64,000 bases of DNA from the NCBI GenBank assembly GCA_963815195.1, contig CAWFGE010000023.1, positions 512,001 through 576,000 on the forward strand, written 5' to 3'. Under the pieces are notes generated by a model. It was not told the DNA's origin, made no database searches, and saw only the letters and a program-made list of their open reading frames with translations. How positions within the stretch are numbered: position 1 is the stretch's first letter; each line of letters opens with the position of its first letter. Of the stretch, positions 1 through 9,546 are shown one piece after another. The position numbers and the translations under genes are program-made. Origin of the DNA: an uncultured Planctomycetaceae bacterium (GTDB lineage Bacteria; Planctomycetota; Planctomycetia; Planctomycetales; Planctomycetaceae).

Positions 1-2
1 TC

Positions 3-449
3 GTCGCCTTTTTGCAAGACGTCGTCACCCAAATGCGGACCTGCGAGGATACCGACCGCCTGCGCGTCGGCGTGGCTCTCGAAGAGGCTTTGCTCAACGC
101 GTACTATCACGGCAACCTGGAAGTCAGCTCCGAACTGCGGGAGACGGATCACGCGGCGTATTACGCTCTGGCCCAGGAACGTTCGGAGCAGGAACCCTTC
201 CGCAATCGCCGGATCACCGTCAGCGCCCGCGTGACGCCGGACGAATCCATTTACAAAATCGGCGACGAAGGACCGGGCTTCGACCCCGCGGTGCTGCCCG
301 ACCCGACCGACCCCGCCAACATCGAGCGGCCCTGCGGCCGGGGCTTATTGCTCATGCAGACGTTTATGGACGATGTGAAATTCAACAACGCGGGCAACGA
401 AGTCACCATGACCAAACGCCGGGCCAAAGAACCCGGCCGCTCGCGCTGA
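3..449 (+). CDS. ATP-binding protein, anti-sigma/RsbW-like HATPase domain (C-terminal part; gene begins upstream of window)
   Basis: N box EALLNAYYHGN, G1 DEGPGFDP and GRGLLLM motifs; frame is open to the window start. Confidence 0.8.
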   Translation, partial: VAFLQDVVTQMRTCEDTDRLRVGVALEEALLNAYYHGNLEVSSELRETDHAAYYALAQERSEQEPFRNRRITVSARVTPDESIYKIGDEGPGFDPAVLPDPTDPANIERPCGRGLLLMQTFMDDVKFNNAGNEVTMTKRRAKEPGRSR

Positions 450-508
450 CCTGCATGCGTCCAAACGCCCTTTCAGAAACCGATCCTCCCACCCCATTGC
501 CTCCCTCC

Positions 509-1339
509 ATGAAGACCGAATTTGACATTACGCCTCCGGATGATGAACTCTCAGAATTGTCCCGCGATCTCAGGTTCTATCCCGCCCGTCCCCAAACCGC
601 CAAGGTTTTGACTCCCGAACAAGTCGAGCAATTCAACCGCGAGGGGTATTTGAAACCGTTTCGGATTTTCGACGACGACGAAATCGCCGGCATCCGCCGG
701 TATTTCGACCGGCTGCTCGCGGATGCGCTGGCGGCGGGGAAAGACAGCTATTCCATCAGCACGGCCCATTTGCGGTACGGGCGGGTTTACGATCTTTTGA
801 CCAATCCCCGGATCGTTGCCTTGGTGAAAGACCTGTTGGGCGAGAACGTGATTGCCTGGGGCTCGCATTTCTTTTGCAAAATGCCGCACGACGGCAAGCA
901 GGTCGCCTGGCACCAGGATGCCAGCTATTGGCCGTTGACGCCCTCGAAGGCGGTCACCGTCTGGCTGGCCATTGACGACGCCGACACCGAAAACGCCTGC
1001 ATGCGCTTCATCGCCGGCTCCCATCATCACGGCCACCTCACCTACCGGCCCGCGGATTCCGCCGAGCATAGCGTCTTGGGGCAGTCCATCGACAATCCGC
1101 AGCAATACGGCACCATCGTCGACGATGTCCTCAAAGCCGGCGAGGCCTCGCTGCATTCAGACTTGCTTTTGCACGGGTCCGAGGCGAACAATTCCGACCG
1201 CCGGCGTTGCGGACTGACGCTCCGCTATTGTGCCGCGGATGTCCGGGCCGGCATGAGCTGGAACCAGAAAGGCGTCATCATCTCCGGAGAAGATCCCAGC
1301 GGCCACTGGGCGAACCCGCGCCGCCCGCTCGACGATTGA
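509..1339 (+). CDS. Phytanoyl-CoA dioxygenase (PhyH) family Fe(II)/2-oxoglutarate dioxygenase
   Basis: WHQD (HxD), LLHGSEAN distal His, RR; start at 509 or 455 uncertain. Confidence 0.85.
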   Translation: MKTEFDITPPDDELSELSRDLRFYPARPQTAKVLTPEQVEQFNREGYLKPFRIFDDDEIAGIRRYFDRLLADALAAGKDSYSISTAHLRYGRVYDLLTNPRIVALVKDLLGENVIAWGSHFFCKMPHDGKQVAWHQDASYWPLTPSKAVTVWLAIDDADTENACMRFIAGSHHHGHLTYRPADSAEHSVLGQSIDNPQQYGTIVDDVLKAGEASLHSDLLLHGSEANNSDRRRCGLTLRYCAADVRAGMSWNQKGVIISGEDPSGHWANPRRPLDD

Positions 1340-1352
1340 ATCTGTGAAACCT

Positions 1353-1377
1353 GAGCGGCTGGTCGCTAGCCGCCGGT
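1353..1377 (+). repeat. REP-like palindromic element; inverted partner at 2596-2619
   Basis: GAGCGGCTGGTCGCTAGCCGCCGGT versus ACCGGCGGCTACGCCCAGCCGCTC. Confidence 0.5.
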
Positions 1378-1388
1378 CTTTATTCTCC

Positions 1389-2537
1389 ATGTCCGATTCC
1401 CCAAACCCAATTTTCCGTCCGCCGACAGCCGCGTATGTGCACGTGCCGTTTTGCGTGCATCGGTGCGGGTATTGTGATTTCACACTCGTCGCCCGGCGGG
1501 ATGACTTGATCGGCGACTACCTCAAGGCTCTGGAGAAGGATCTCCAGACGCTGGGGCAACCACAAACCGTGGACACACTGTTTTTGGGAGGCGGAACGCC
1601 GACGCATTTGCCGGTTCGCGAACTGGAGCGGTTGCTTTCGCTCGCCCGCCATTGGTTTCCGCCCCTTGAAGGTTACGAATTCGGCGTGGAAGCCAATCCC
1701 GCCGGGTTGTCGGCCGAGAAAATCCGCCTGCTCGCCGACGCCGGCGTGAACCGTGTGAGCCTCGGCGCCCAATCGTTCGATCACGAAGTGCTCAAGTTTT
1801 TGGAACGCGATCACGACCTGTCCGATATTCAAATGGCGGTGGACCAGATCAAGCCGCGGATCCCAAACGTCTCGCTGGATTTGATCTTCGGCGTGCCGGG
1901 GCAAAGCCTGGCTTCCTGGCAGGAGACGCTCCGGCAGGCGATCGCATTGGAGCCGTTGCACCTCTCGACATACGGCCTGACGTTCGAAAAGGGCACTTCC
2001 TTCTGGACTCGCTTGCAGAAAGGTTTGATCGCGAGGGCTCCGGACGAATTGGAGCGGGACATGTACGCCGCCGCGATGGACGATTTATCGGCCGCGAGTT
2101 TTGAGCAATACGAAATCTCCAACTTCGCCCGCCCGGGCTTTCGCTGCCGGCATAACCTCACCTATTGGCAGGGCCTCTCTTATTTTGGATTCGGGCCGGG
2201 AGCGGTTCGCTATCAAAACGGCCGGCGGGAGATGAACCACCGCAGCGTGACCACCTGGATCCAGCGCGTGCTCGCTTCGGAATCGGCCCTCATGGACGCG
2301 GAGGAATTGTCGGAAGAAGACCGCGCCCGCGAACTCTGCGTCTTGGGACTCCGCCTCTCTGAAGGCTGCGACCTCAAGGCGTTTGAAGAGCGGACGGGCT
2401 ATGAACTCCCGCGTCTCGCCGGCGATGCGATCCGCAGGAACCAAAACCTCGGCCTCCTGGAGCAGACGGAAACCCATCTCCGGCTGACCCGCGAGGGCCG
2501 CTTCCTGGCGGACAGCGTCGTGGCGGACTTTCTGTGA
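1389..2537 (+). CDS. hemW: Radical SAM heme chaperone HemW (HemN-like)
   Basis: YVHVPFCVHRCGYCDF (CxxxCxxC), GGGTPT, YEISNFA, HNLTYW. Confidence 0.9.
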   Translation: MSDSPNPIFRPPTAAYVHVPFCVHRCGYCDFTLVARRDDLIGDYLKALEKDLQTLGQPQTVDTLFLGGGTPTHLPVRELERLLSLARHWFPPLEGYEFGVEANPAGLSAEKIRLLADAGVNRVSLGAQSFDHEVLKFLERDHDLSDIQMAVDQIKPRIPNVSLDLIFGVPGQSLASWQETLRQAIALEPLHLSTYGLTFEKGTSFWTRLQKGLIARAPDELERDMYAAAMDDLSAASFEQYEISNFARPGFRCRHNLTYWQGLSYFGFGPGAVRYQNGRREMNHRSVTTWIQRVLASESALMDAEELSEEDRARELCVLGLRLSEGCDLKAFEERTGYELPRLAGDAIRRNQNLGLLEQTETHLRLTREGRFLADSVVADFL

Positions 2538-2627
2538 GTGTTGACCCGAAGACGCTCGCGTCGGGTCTTGGTGAATGGAGAGCCCCAATACCAACACCGG
2601 CGGCTACGCCCAGCCGCTCCGAGGCGG

Positions 2628-3956
2628 TTATTCCACGAGCTTGATGCGGACGGTTTCCTTGCGTTTCTCGCGAAGCACGGTGAGCGGAAGCGTTTGGCCG
2701 ACTTTGTAGTGCAGTTTGATGTGGGCGTTGAATTGCTTGTTCGTCCAGTCGCCGAGCGGTTTGCCGTCCAGTTCCACAATCACGTCGCCTTCTCGAAGCC
2801 CCCCGTCGCGGGCGGATTTTCCTCCGGGCGAACCGGTGTTGATCCACTTCACCAACAAGGCGGTCTGGTTGGCGGGGATCCCGTGTTTGCGGCGTTCTTC
2901 CTCGCTGACGTTCGGCGCAAAAACGCGAAGTTTGGGGGCCACGGACCACATCGAACCCCGCCACGAAATGTCGCTGACTTTCCAGCCCTTTTTGAGCTTC
3001 AGGACGTGCTCGCCGGTTTTGGCTGTGGCGACTTTGAGTTCGGCGTCGGCGTTCGGCAAATGATGCAGCACCCACTGCATGTCCGCGATCGAGGTGACCG
3101 CCTGGCCGTTCATGTGGGTCACAACTTCGCCGGTTCCGATCCCCGCCGCCGCCGCGGGCGAGTCCGGTTTGACCTGGTCCACGCGCCGGCCGTCTTTGGC
3201 GTTGATGATCAAGCCGACGTTGTCGGGCAATGGGTATCGCCAAAGCAGGTCCTCGGTGAATTGGCCCGAGTCCTGGGCTTGCTGGTTGAGGGCGTCGTGG
3301 ATGTTGTGGCAATGGATGCAGTTCTGGCGGGTCGTGGGACCTCCTCGTTGTTCCTTGTTGTGAAGGCCCGGCATGTCGAGGGCGGTTCGATACGGCTTTT
3401 GCGGTCCGCGTTTGCCTTGGAGTTCGGCTTTGTTCTTGGGATAGTTGCGGTGGAGTTCCAGCACGCGCCGCATGGTGGTTTCCAGGCCGGCGATGGAATT
3501 GTACGCGTCGGGGCCTTTCGCGCTTTGCGTGCCGTAGCGGGCGTAAACGGTGCCGTCGGCGTTGATGAACATCGCGGCCCAGTTCAGATCGTGGTCGAAT
3601 TCAAACTGCGAGAGATCGACGCCCTTCATTTCCACCTGCCGCACGGAAACGAACGACTGGCGGGCCAGGCGATCGATGATTTCGCTGTCCTTGGCCACCG
3701 TCGCATCGAACGCGGAGCAGGATTGGCAAGGCACGCAGCGGAAAGTGACGAAGATCGGCTTATTCTCCCGGCGGGCCTCTTCGCGGGCGAACTTGAGGTT
3801 GTTATAGATCCAAAGGTCCGTGCCCTCGGCATGCTTGTCCTTGAGCGTTTCCCGGAGCCGATCGGTGAGGTCGTCGCCCATCGCGGACTGGGAAAGCCCC
3901 GCCCACGCCAAACCAAGAATCAACGCGAGCGAAAGCAGTCGTAATCGGCACCGCAT
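2628..3956 (-). CDS. Exported thioredoxin-like/PDZ domain protein with CxxCH motif
   Basis: Signal peptide, FRCVPCQSC thioredoxin-like site, NCIHCHN, two PDZ-like segments (SPAAAAGIGTGEVV; GGLREGDVIVELDG). Confidence 0.75.
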   Translation of the reverse strand: MRCRLRLLSLALILGLAWAGLSQSAMGDDLTDRLRETLKDKHAEGTDLWIYNNLKFAREEARRENKPIFVTFRCVPCQSCSAFDATVAKDSEIIDRLARQSFVSVRQVEMKGVDLSQFEFDHDLNWAAMFINADGTVYARYGTQSAKGPDAYNSIAGLETTMRRVLELHRNYPKNKAELQGKRGPQKPYRTALDMPGLHNKEQRGGPTTRQNCIHCHNIHDALNQQAQDSGQFTEDLLWRYPLPDNVGLIINAKDGRRVDQVKPDSPAAAAGIGTGEVVTHMNGQAVTSIADMQWVLHHLPNADAELKVATAKTGEHVLKLKKGWKVSDISWRGSMWSVAPKLRVFAPNVSEEERRKHGIPANQTALLVKWINTGSPGGKSARDGGLREGDVIVELDGKPLGDWTNKQFNAHIKLHYKVGQTLPLTVLREKRKETVRIKLVE

Positions 3957-4092
3957 AGGAACCCTTTCCACGGACGTTAAAGAGTCGAAGAGTGAAGCCT
4001 CGGACAATGGAAACAACGAATCATGGGTCACAAAATTATGTCGGCCATCGGAGCGGCGAGTTGCATTTTCGTCGATCGATTCCGGCCGCGAT

Positions 4093-4996
4093 CTATTTCT
4101 TGCCCAGTTCGACGCCCATGTCCCGCATGAGAAACTTCATGTCTTCCCAAACGTCTTTCTTCGTCGGTTCGTACCTGAGCAGATAGGAGGGATGATAGGT
4201 GCACAGCACCTTGGCCCGGCCGTGCTGGAAAAACTTGCCCCGCAGCCGGCCGATCGAGGATGTGGTGTCGAGCAGGTTGCGGGCGGCGACGGAGCCCAGG
4301 CACACGATGTAGTCGGGATCGATGATCGCGATCTGGCCGTTCAAATATTCCCGGCAGTTGTCGGCTTCCTCGTCGGTCGGGTTTCGGTTGTTGGGCGGTC
4401 GGCAGCGGAGGATGTTGCAGATGTAAACTTCCTCGCGAGTGAGCGTGCAGGCTTTGATGATCCGGTCCAAAAGCTGCCCCGCCCGGCCGACGAATGGCTC
4501 GCCTTGCCGGTCTTCATCCGCCCCCGGGGCTTCGCCTAAAAACAGGATCTTCGCTTCGGGATTGCCGACGCCGAACACGGTTTGGGTGCGGGTGTCGGCC
4601 AATTCCTGGCAGCGGGTGCAGCCGGCGACCTGTTTGGCGAGTTCGCCCAATTCATGCTCCCGCTCCGATCGCGAAAGGCGCAGGGCCGGGCCGGGGCGCG
4701 GAGAACAACGCCGGCGTTTCCTCCGGTTGGGAAGGCTTTCGCTCCGCGGCGGCACGCGATGCCGGTGCCGCGGCTTTTTTCCGCGCGGAGGGTGGGGCGG
4801 TGTCTTGGGGTTTTGTTGGGGCGGGGGCGTTCAGAAAAGGCGAGAGATCGCATTTCCCCTCGGCTTGAGGGAGATGCTTTACGCCCGCGCGGGACAGGCT
4901 CAAAAGCTCTTGGGCCAAACCGCGTTTTAACCGGGCCACGTCAAATTCTGCGTGTTCCATGAAATCTTGATCGCTGGTCGAAAGCCGCCGAGTCAC
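4093..4996 (-). CDS. Uracil-DNA glycosylase family 4 (split by frameshift near 4690)
   Basis: [40 protein letters not shown]-terminal extension lies in another frame. Confidence 0.88.
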
Positions 4997-6300
4997 GGAA
5001 GCGCGGGCACATTGCCGGCTCCGTTTTTCTGCGCGGCGTGCCAGAGCTTCCAGGTGCGTTCGTTGTAGCCGAAGTTTTTGCCGGTGATTTTTTGAAGAGC
5101 CTCCAAAACTTCGCGGTTTTGCTCCTCGCGTTCGATCGTCACGACTTTGGTTTGCTGCGGCGTTTGCGGCTGGTTGATGATGACGCCGTTGTATTGCCCG
5201 GTCCTAAGTCCGATGGCCACCTGGGGCGGGAGGGACACGCCGCCGTTGGTCATCCCGCCGCCGTTCGCGAGAAAGCCGGGACTGCCCGGCACGGGCACGC
5301 GGACCTGGTATTGATGCGTCGTAATCAAGGCCTCGATCAACTGCGGCACCGCGCGGTCGTCCGCCATCCGCCCCAGGGCTTGTCCCGCCCTCCCGACGAC
5401 CGCGTTCACGCTGTTTTTCAATTCGCGGATATAAAGCGGCACGGCGGCTTCGTACTGTTCCGGTTTGATCGAGTTCAACGACGCGTAGCGAATTTCATAA
5501 TCGACGTCGTGCAGCGATTGGGTCACGAGCGCCGCCACGGGCTTCGGGCCGGGGATGTTTGCCAGAATCGCGACATACATGCTCCGCAGCCGTTTGTCCT
5601 CCTCGTCTTGAAAATTCTTCACCAGCGCGGCGACGGCATCGGGATTCTTGAGTTCCCGCAACGTCTGCAGCGCATCGCGGCTCCGCCCGGCGTGGCTGCC
5701 CGTCAACCAGTACTTCCAAAGATGCACCTGCTGAAACCATTTCTCTTCCCGTTCGCGCTCGGCTTCGGTTTTTTCCGTCAACTCGACTTCCTGCGGCGTC
5801 ATCCACTTGCCCTTGTGCTTGACGTAGCCCTGGGAGGTCATCCGCTCTTCGCGGGTCATCCACACGCCGTCCACTTTGGTGTGTTTGAGTCCATAGTGGG
5901 CTTTTTCGTGGTCGGGATCGAGCTTGATGATATGGTCCAGATGCGCCTTGCGCTGGCTGCGGAGATTGTGCTCCCGGCACCACTCGGCCAGCTTCCATTG
6001 GGCCTCGATCGTGATCGGTGTCCGCTTGGCGCGGGTTTCGTATTCTTCGAACTTCAGCGGGCGGCGGGTGACGAACTCGATCTGGTCCTGGGCGACAACA
6101 ACTTGGGTTCCCGTAAGCGTGGTGATCGTCACCTCCGGCCCGGAAGTCGCGCCCTTTTCGAAAGGGATTTCCCCGCGGAGCTCCCCGCCGCTTTTGAGGC
6201 GAATCAAATCGGCCCGCGCCGCCGGTGGAGAGAGAAAAACCCCACAGCCCAAACCGAGCCAAACGAGCATCGTTGGAGAATAAATCAGCCGAAACACCAT
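4993..6300 (-). CDS. Exported HEAT-repeat protein
   Basis: Signal peptide, ADLIRLKSGGELRG start, HEAT-like helices (AVAALV, RAVPQLIEAL, EALQKITGKNFGY). Confidence 0.75.
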   Translation of the reverse strand: MVFRLIYSPTMLVWLGLGCGVFLSPPAARADLIRLKSGGELRGEIPFEKGATSGPEVTITTLTGTQVVVAQDQIEFVTRRPLKFEEYETRAKRTPITIEAQWKLAEWCREHNLRSQRKAHLDHIIKLDPDHEKAHYGLKHTKVDGVWMTREERMTSQGYVKHKGKWMTPQEVELTEKTEAEREREEKWFQQVHLWKYWLTGSHAGRSRDALQTLRELKNPDAVAALVKNFQDEEDKRLRSMYVAILANIPGPKPVAALVTQSLHDVDYEIRYASLNSIKPEQYEAAVPLYIRELKNSVNAVVGRAGQALGRMADDRAVPQLIEALITTHQYQVRVPVPGSPGFLANGGGMTNGGVSLPPQVAIGLRTGQYNGVIINQPQTPQQTKVVTIEREEQNREVLEALQKITGKNFGYNERTWKLWHAAQKNGAGNVPALP

Positions 6301-6418
6301 CGCCTCCCTTCCGAACGGAGCCGCCTTCCAGGAATTGAGTTTGGGGAACCCGCGTTCTCCGCGATTGTACCCCATTTCCCCCGCAGTCGGCAAGAAGCGG
6401 GGAGTCGCCAGGATTTAT

Positions 6419-7983
6419 GTGTGTGGCCGGAAATTCTGGCGGGGTTAAGTTGGTTGGTCAATTGAGGTTCCAGTGAGAGTCCCAGGCGTGGCTTTGGTGG
6501 AGGGCTTCCAAGGCCATTACGGCCAGGGCGTTGTCGGGATCCCAGCGGCGGCCTTTGCCTTTGATGCGGCTGGTGGTCGTGCGGCATTGGGCTTCGGTTG
6601 GACCGCTGCCGATTTGCCACCCGTTGGCGCGGAACTCGGGGTATTTAATCAGATGGCTGCGTTCGGCCATGTAGTGCAAGAGTCCATCCAGGGCTTGCTT
6701 TTTCGTTTCGTTTTCCAGTTGGGCCCGCTGGGTCGTGAGCTCGATCCCACGCTGTTTCGTAACCTTCATGCTTGAAGGTGTGCATCAATTCGTCCAGCCA
6801 GCTTTTGCCGGCTTCGTCGTCTCCGTAAAGCGACCGCCGCGTCTTTTGCGCGTAATCCCGAAGATGCCAGAAGTCGAGTCCGCGGGCGGTCAACCGCAGG
6901 CCTTGTTTCTCCGCTTGGCGATCGATCCACACGGCCCCGTCATAAATCCCGATCGAAGCGTCCGCCTGATCCAACTGAATCCGCGAGGCGTCCCGGCGCA
7001 TCACCCGCCCGACCACTTCATGGTCGCCCCGGCTGACGCTGATCCAGCGGTTTTCCTGGTCTTCCGAATAAAACTGCACCAGACGAAATTCCTTGTACGG
7101 GCCGTCGGCGCCCGGCTTCAATCGTTCCAACGGATTGAGAGAGCGGCCCTCGGATTTGCGTTCTTTCCGTTTCTCGACGACCTGAGCCCGCCGCTGCTTC
7201 TTTTCCGTCTCCGTGATCACGGGAACCTTCACGCCGTCACAACCGAAATACACGCGAGTTTCGCCCTCAGGGGTTTGGCAATCCGACGCCTCCCAGTCGG
7301 GCCTCAGTTCGTTGCGACGCGTTTGTTCCAAGACCGTTTGGCCTTCGGCTTCGATCAATTGCCGGAGCGTTTCCTTGCCGATCGAAAGCCCCGCCGCACG
7401 CTTCAGGGTCACGGACAGTTCCAGAAAACTGCTTTCGCAACGGTTCAATCGGCAGGCCAATTCGACGACGCCTTGCGTGAACTGCTGGCAGGCTTCGTCC
7501 AACCACTCATCCAGCGGCGTCACGCTGCCGCCGCCGGCTGGTTGCCAGCGAATCCGGCGAAGCTTAACCCGCCCGTTGACCGTCATCACGGTGTGCTTCT
7601 GGCGACCTTTGTTGCGCATGGGTGTTCCCGTCGCTTCGTTCTCCGGAGGGGGGAAAAGCGGACTCGGCTGAGTCCGCTCGCATCTGCACGGCCCGCTCGT
7701 AAGCCCGGCGGCGAAACTCGTGCATCAACTGCCGCACTTGCTCCTCACTGTCGGCAATCACGCGACCGCCCGGCGCCGCATTCACGGCCTCCATCACTTC
7801 GCCCAACAAGCCCTCAAGCTCCGACCGCATTGACTCGATATAAACCTCTTTGGCAACTCGGGGTTCCTGCATCGCAATCCCTCCTCTGGAAGTGAAATCA
7901 ACTCGCCCCCGCACATCGCGGACGACAGGATTGCCTACTTTACACACTCTACCCAGTTCGCGCCATAGAAAACGGCCAGACAC
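6419..7983 (-). mobile_element. ISKra4-like insertion sequence
   Basis: Imperfect terminal inverted repeats GTGTGTGGCCGGAAATTCTGGC / GCCATAGAAAACGGCCAGACAC (15/22 match) enclosing transposase frames; no target duplication evident. Confidence 0.7.
6458..7872 (-). CDS. ISKra4-like DDE transposase in three frames (break at TTTTCCCCCC near 7650; extra base near 6740)
   Basis: GCDGV, YDGAVWI, LDFWHL, IGSGPTEAQC..RIKGKGRRW motifs. Confidence 0.8.
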
Positions 7984-8016
7984 TCTGCGGTCGGATTCCG
8001 CCGGAGGCAAGTGCCA

Positions 8017-9546
8017 TCAAACATAGTATCGAAGCGTGTATTGCCTGTCGTCCGGATGCAGTCCGCGATTGGCGAGGAGAATCTCGCCTATCCGTTTTGA
8101 GTACTTCACCGTGATGGGCTCGGATTCGCCGTAGCCGCAGGCATTGTAGTTGAGCTTTGTCAGACCAAGGATGTCGGCGGCCACCTGTTGGAGGTCGGTT
8201 TCTCCATGCTGGAGCGAGATCGAGAGTGGCACGGGAGTCTCGAATCCCTCGTATGTTCCAAGTCTGGGCACGAAGCCAGTCGTGTAAAGGAGTCCAAACC
8301 GCTGAGTCCGTTGCCAGAATAAACCCCGCAGTGGAGGACGATTGCCGTCCCGGAACAGTCTCGGCCCATTGTAATCCTGCCGAACGCGGACGGCCGTGAG
8401 TTTGCAGCCGAGTGGGATCGCCCGTGTGTAACCCGCGAACTCATCGTCGTTGATCGAGGAGTGAGAGTGCAGAAATACTTCTTTGAGTGGACGACCGTCC
8501 TGACGCTCGTAAGTCTCGATGGTCCCCCGGAGTAGATCCTCAGCGGCTTGCGACGACAGATGGAACTGTTCGTCCTCAGGTGAGTACCAGGGACCAAACT
8601 CGCCGACGAAGACGACGCCATCGCCCGTGTCGAGAAAGAGCTGGGCCGCGCAGCACGCATCCCGTTTCTTGTCATCTGACTGACGAAAAGCTAGGCCGAC
8701 GTAGCAGACTCCATCCCGGGCAGTCGCCAACTTCCACGGCTTCTGACCGCATTTGTAGGCCAATCCAGTGCTAAGATTCCAAAGTCGATCGGATAATGGG
8801 TTGTCACCTGGCTCACCGTCTTCGACCTTCTGTGTGACTTGGAGCGTCGACTCTTTGACGATCTGCACGGGAATACCGTGCGGCATCACCTTCGCCTTCA
8901 ACTGTCGACGGAAATCCGGCGAAAAATCGAAACACTCCAGGTCGCCATCCGATTCATTATCTTCGTCGAAGACAAAGCGTTGCTGCCCCTTTCGCTTGTC
9001 CTCGATCTGGGATTTGAGTACCGCCTGCTCACCCCGAGATCGGGGTGTATCACTTTTGTCCGAAATGTACGACTCCGGTCGGCAATTGTTGTAAACCACA
9101 TCGGGCACAATACAGATGGCAATAACCGGCGTCGCATCGAGCTTTTTCATCGTACTGAACGCTTCGAGATAGCACTGCACTGCATCGGCGGCCCGTTCGT
9201 ATCGATCGCTCCGCCTGGCGGCGACGTCCAGCCGCTGAGCATCGAGCCCGTATGACTTCAATGGGAAAGGCCAGGGGCTCCCGAAAGCCACGTCGAATCC
9301 CGGAAAGACAGGCCACGCTCTCAGCCGCGAATGATCCTTACACGCGGCCGGTCGATTCATCCTATGCCGCCATTTTTCCCACAGTGTCAGCCCGACTTCT
9401 GTGCCGACCACTACATGGGTCGACCGATCCTGCGTTGCTGACCCAAAGCAGCCGAACAGACTCAGGCCATCATGAGGATCAAGAGTGGTCTGCCCCTCAC
9501 CAAACTCCAACTCCGGTTCGTCCAACAAGATGAGTTGCTCAGTCAT
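8017..9546 (-). CDS. Short prokaryotic Argonaute (MID-PIWI*, 509 aa, SPARTA-like clade)
   Basis: EPELEFGEGQTTLDPHDGLSLFG, FPGFDVAF, QLKAK..IPVQIVKESTL, YKCGQKPWKL, GVCYVGL, CCAAQLFLDTGDG, GPWY, DILGLTKLNYNAC, IGEIL, YYV C-terminus. Confidence 0.95.
   Translation of the reverse strand: MTEQLILLDEPELEFGEGQTTLDPHDGLSLFGCFGSATQDRSTHVVVGTEVGLTLWEKWRHRMNRPAACKDHSRLRAWPVFPGFDVAFGSPWPFPLKSYGLDAQRLDVAARRSDRYERAADAVQCYLEAFSTMKKLDATPVIAICIVPDVVYNNCRPESYISDKSDTPRSRGEQAVLKSQIEDKRKGQQRFVFDEDNESDGDLECFDFSPDFRRQLKAKVMPHGIPVQIVKESTLQVTQKVEDGEPGDNPLSDRLWNLSTGLAYKCGQKPWKLATARDGVCYVGLAFRQSDDKKRDACCAAQLFLDTGDGVVFVGEFGPWYSPEDEQFHLSSQAAEDLLRGTIETYERQDGRPLKEVFLHSHSSINDDEFAGYTRAIPLGCKLTAVRVRQDYNGPRLFRDGNRPPLRGLFWQRTQRFGLLYTTGFVPRLGTYEGFETPVPLSISLQHGETDLQQVAADILGLTKLNYNACGYGESEPITVKYSKRIGEILLANRGLHPDDRQYTLRYYV

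Noticed and set aside
2628..3956. Selenoprotein recoding in the thioredoxin-like site
   Set aside because: The motif is fully Cys-encoded with no in-frame TGA.
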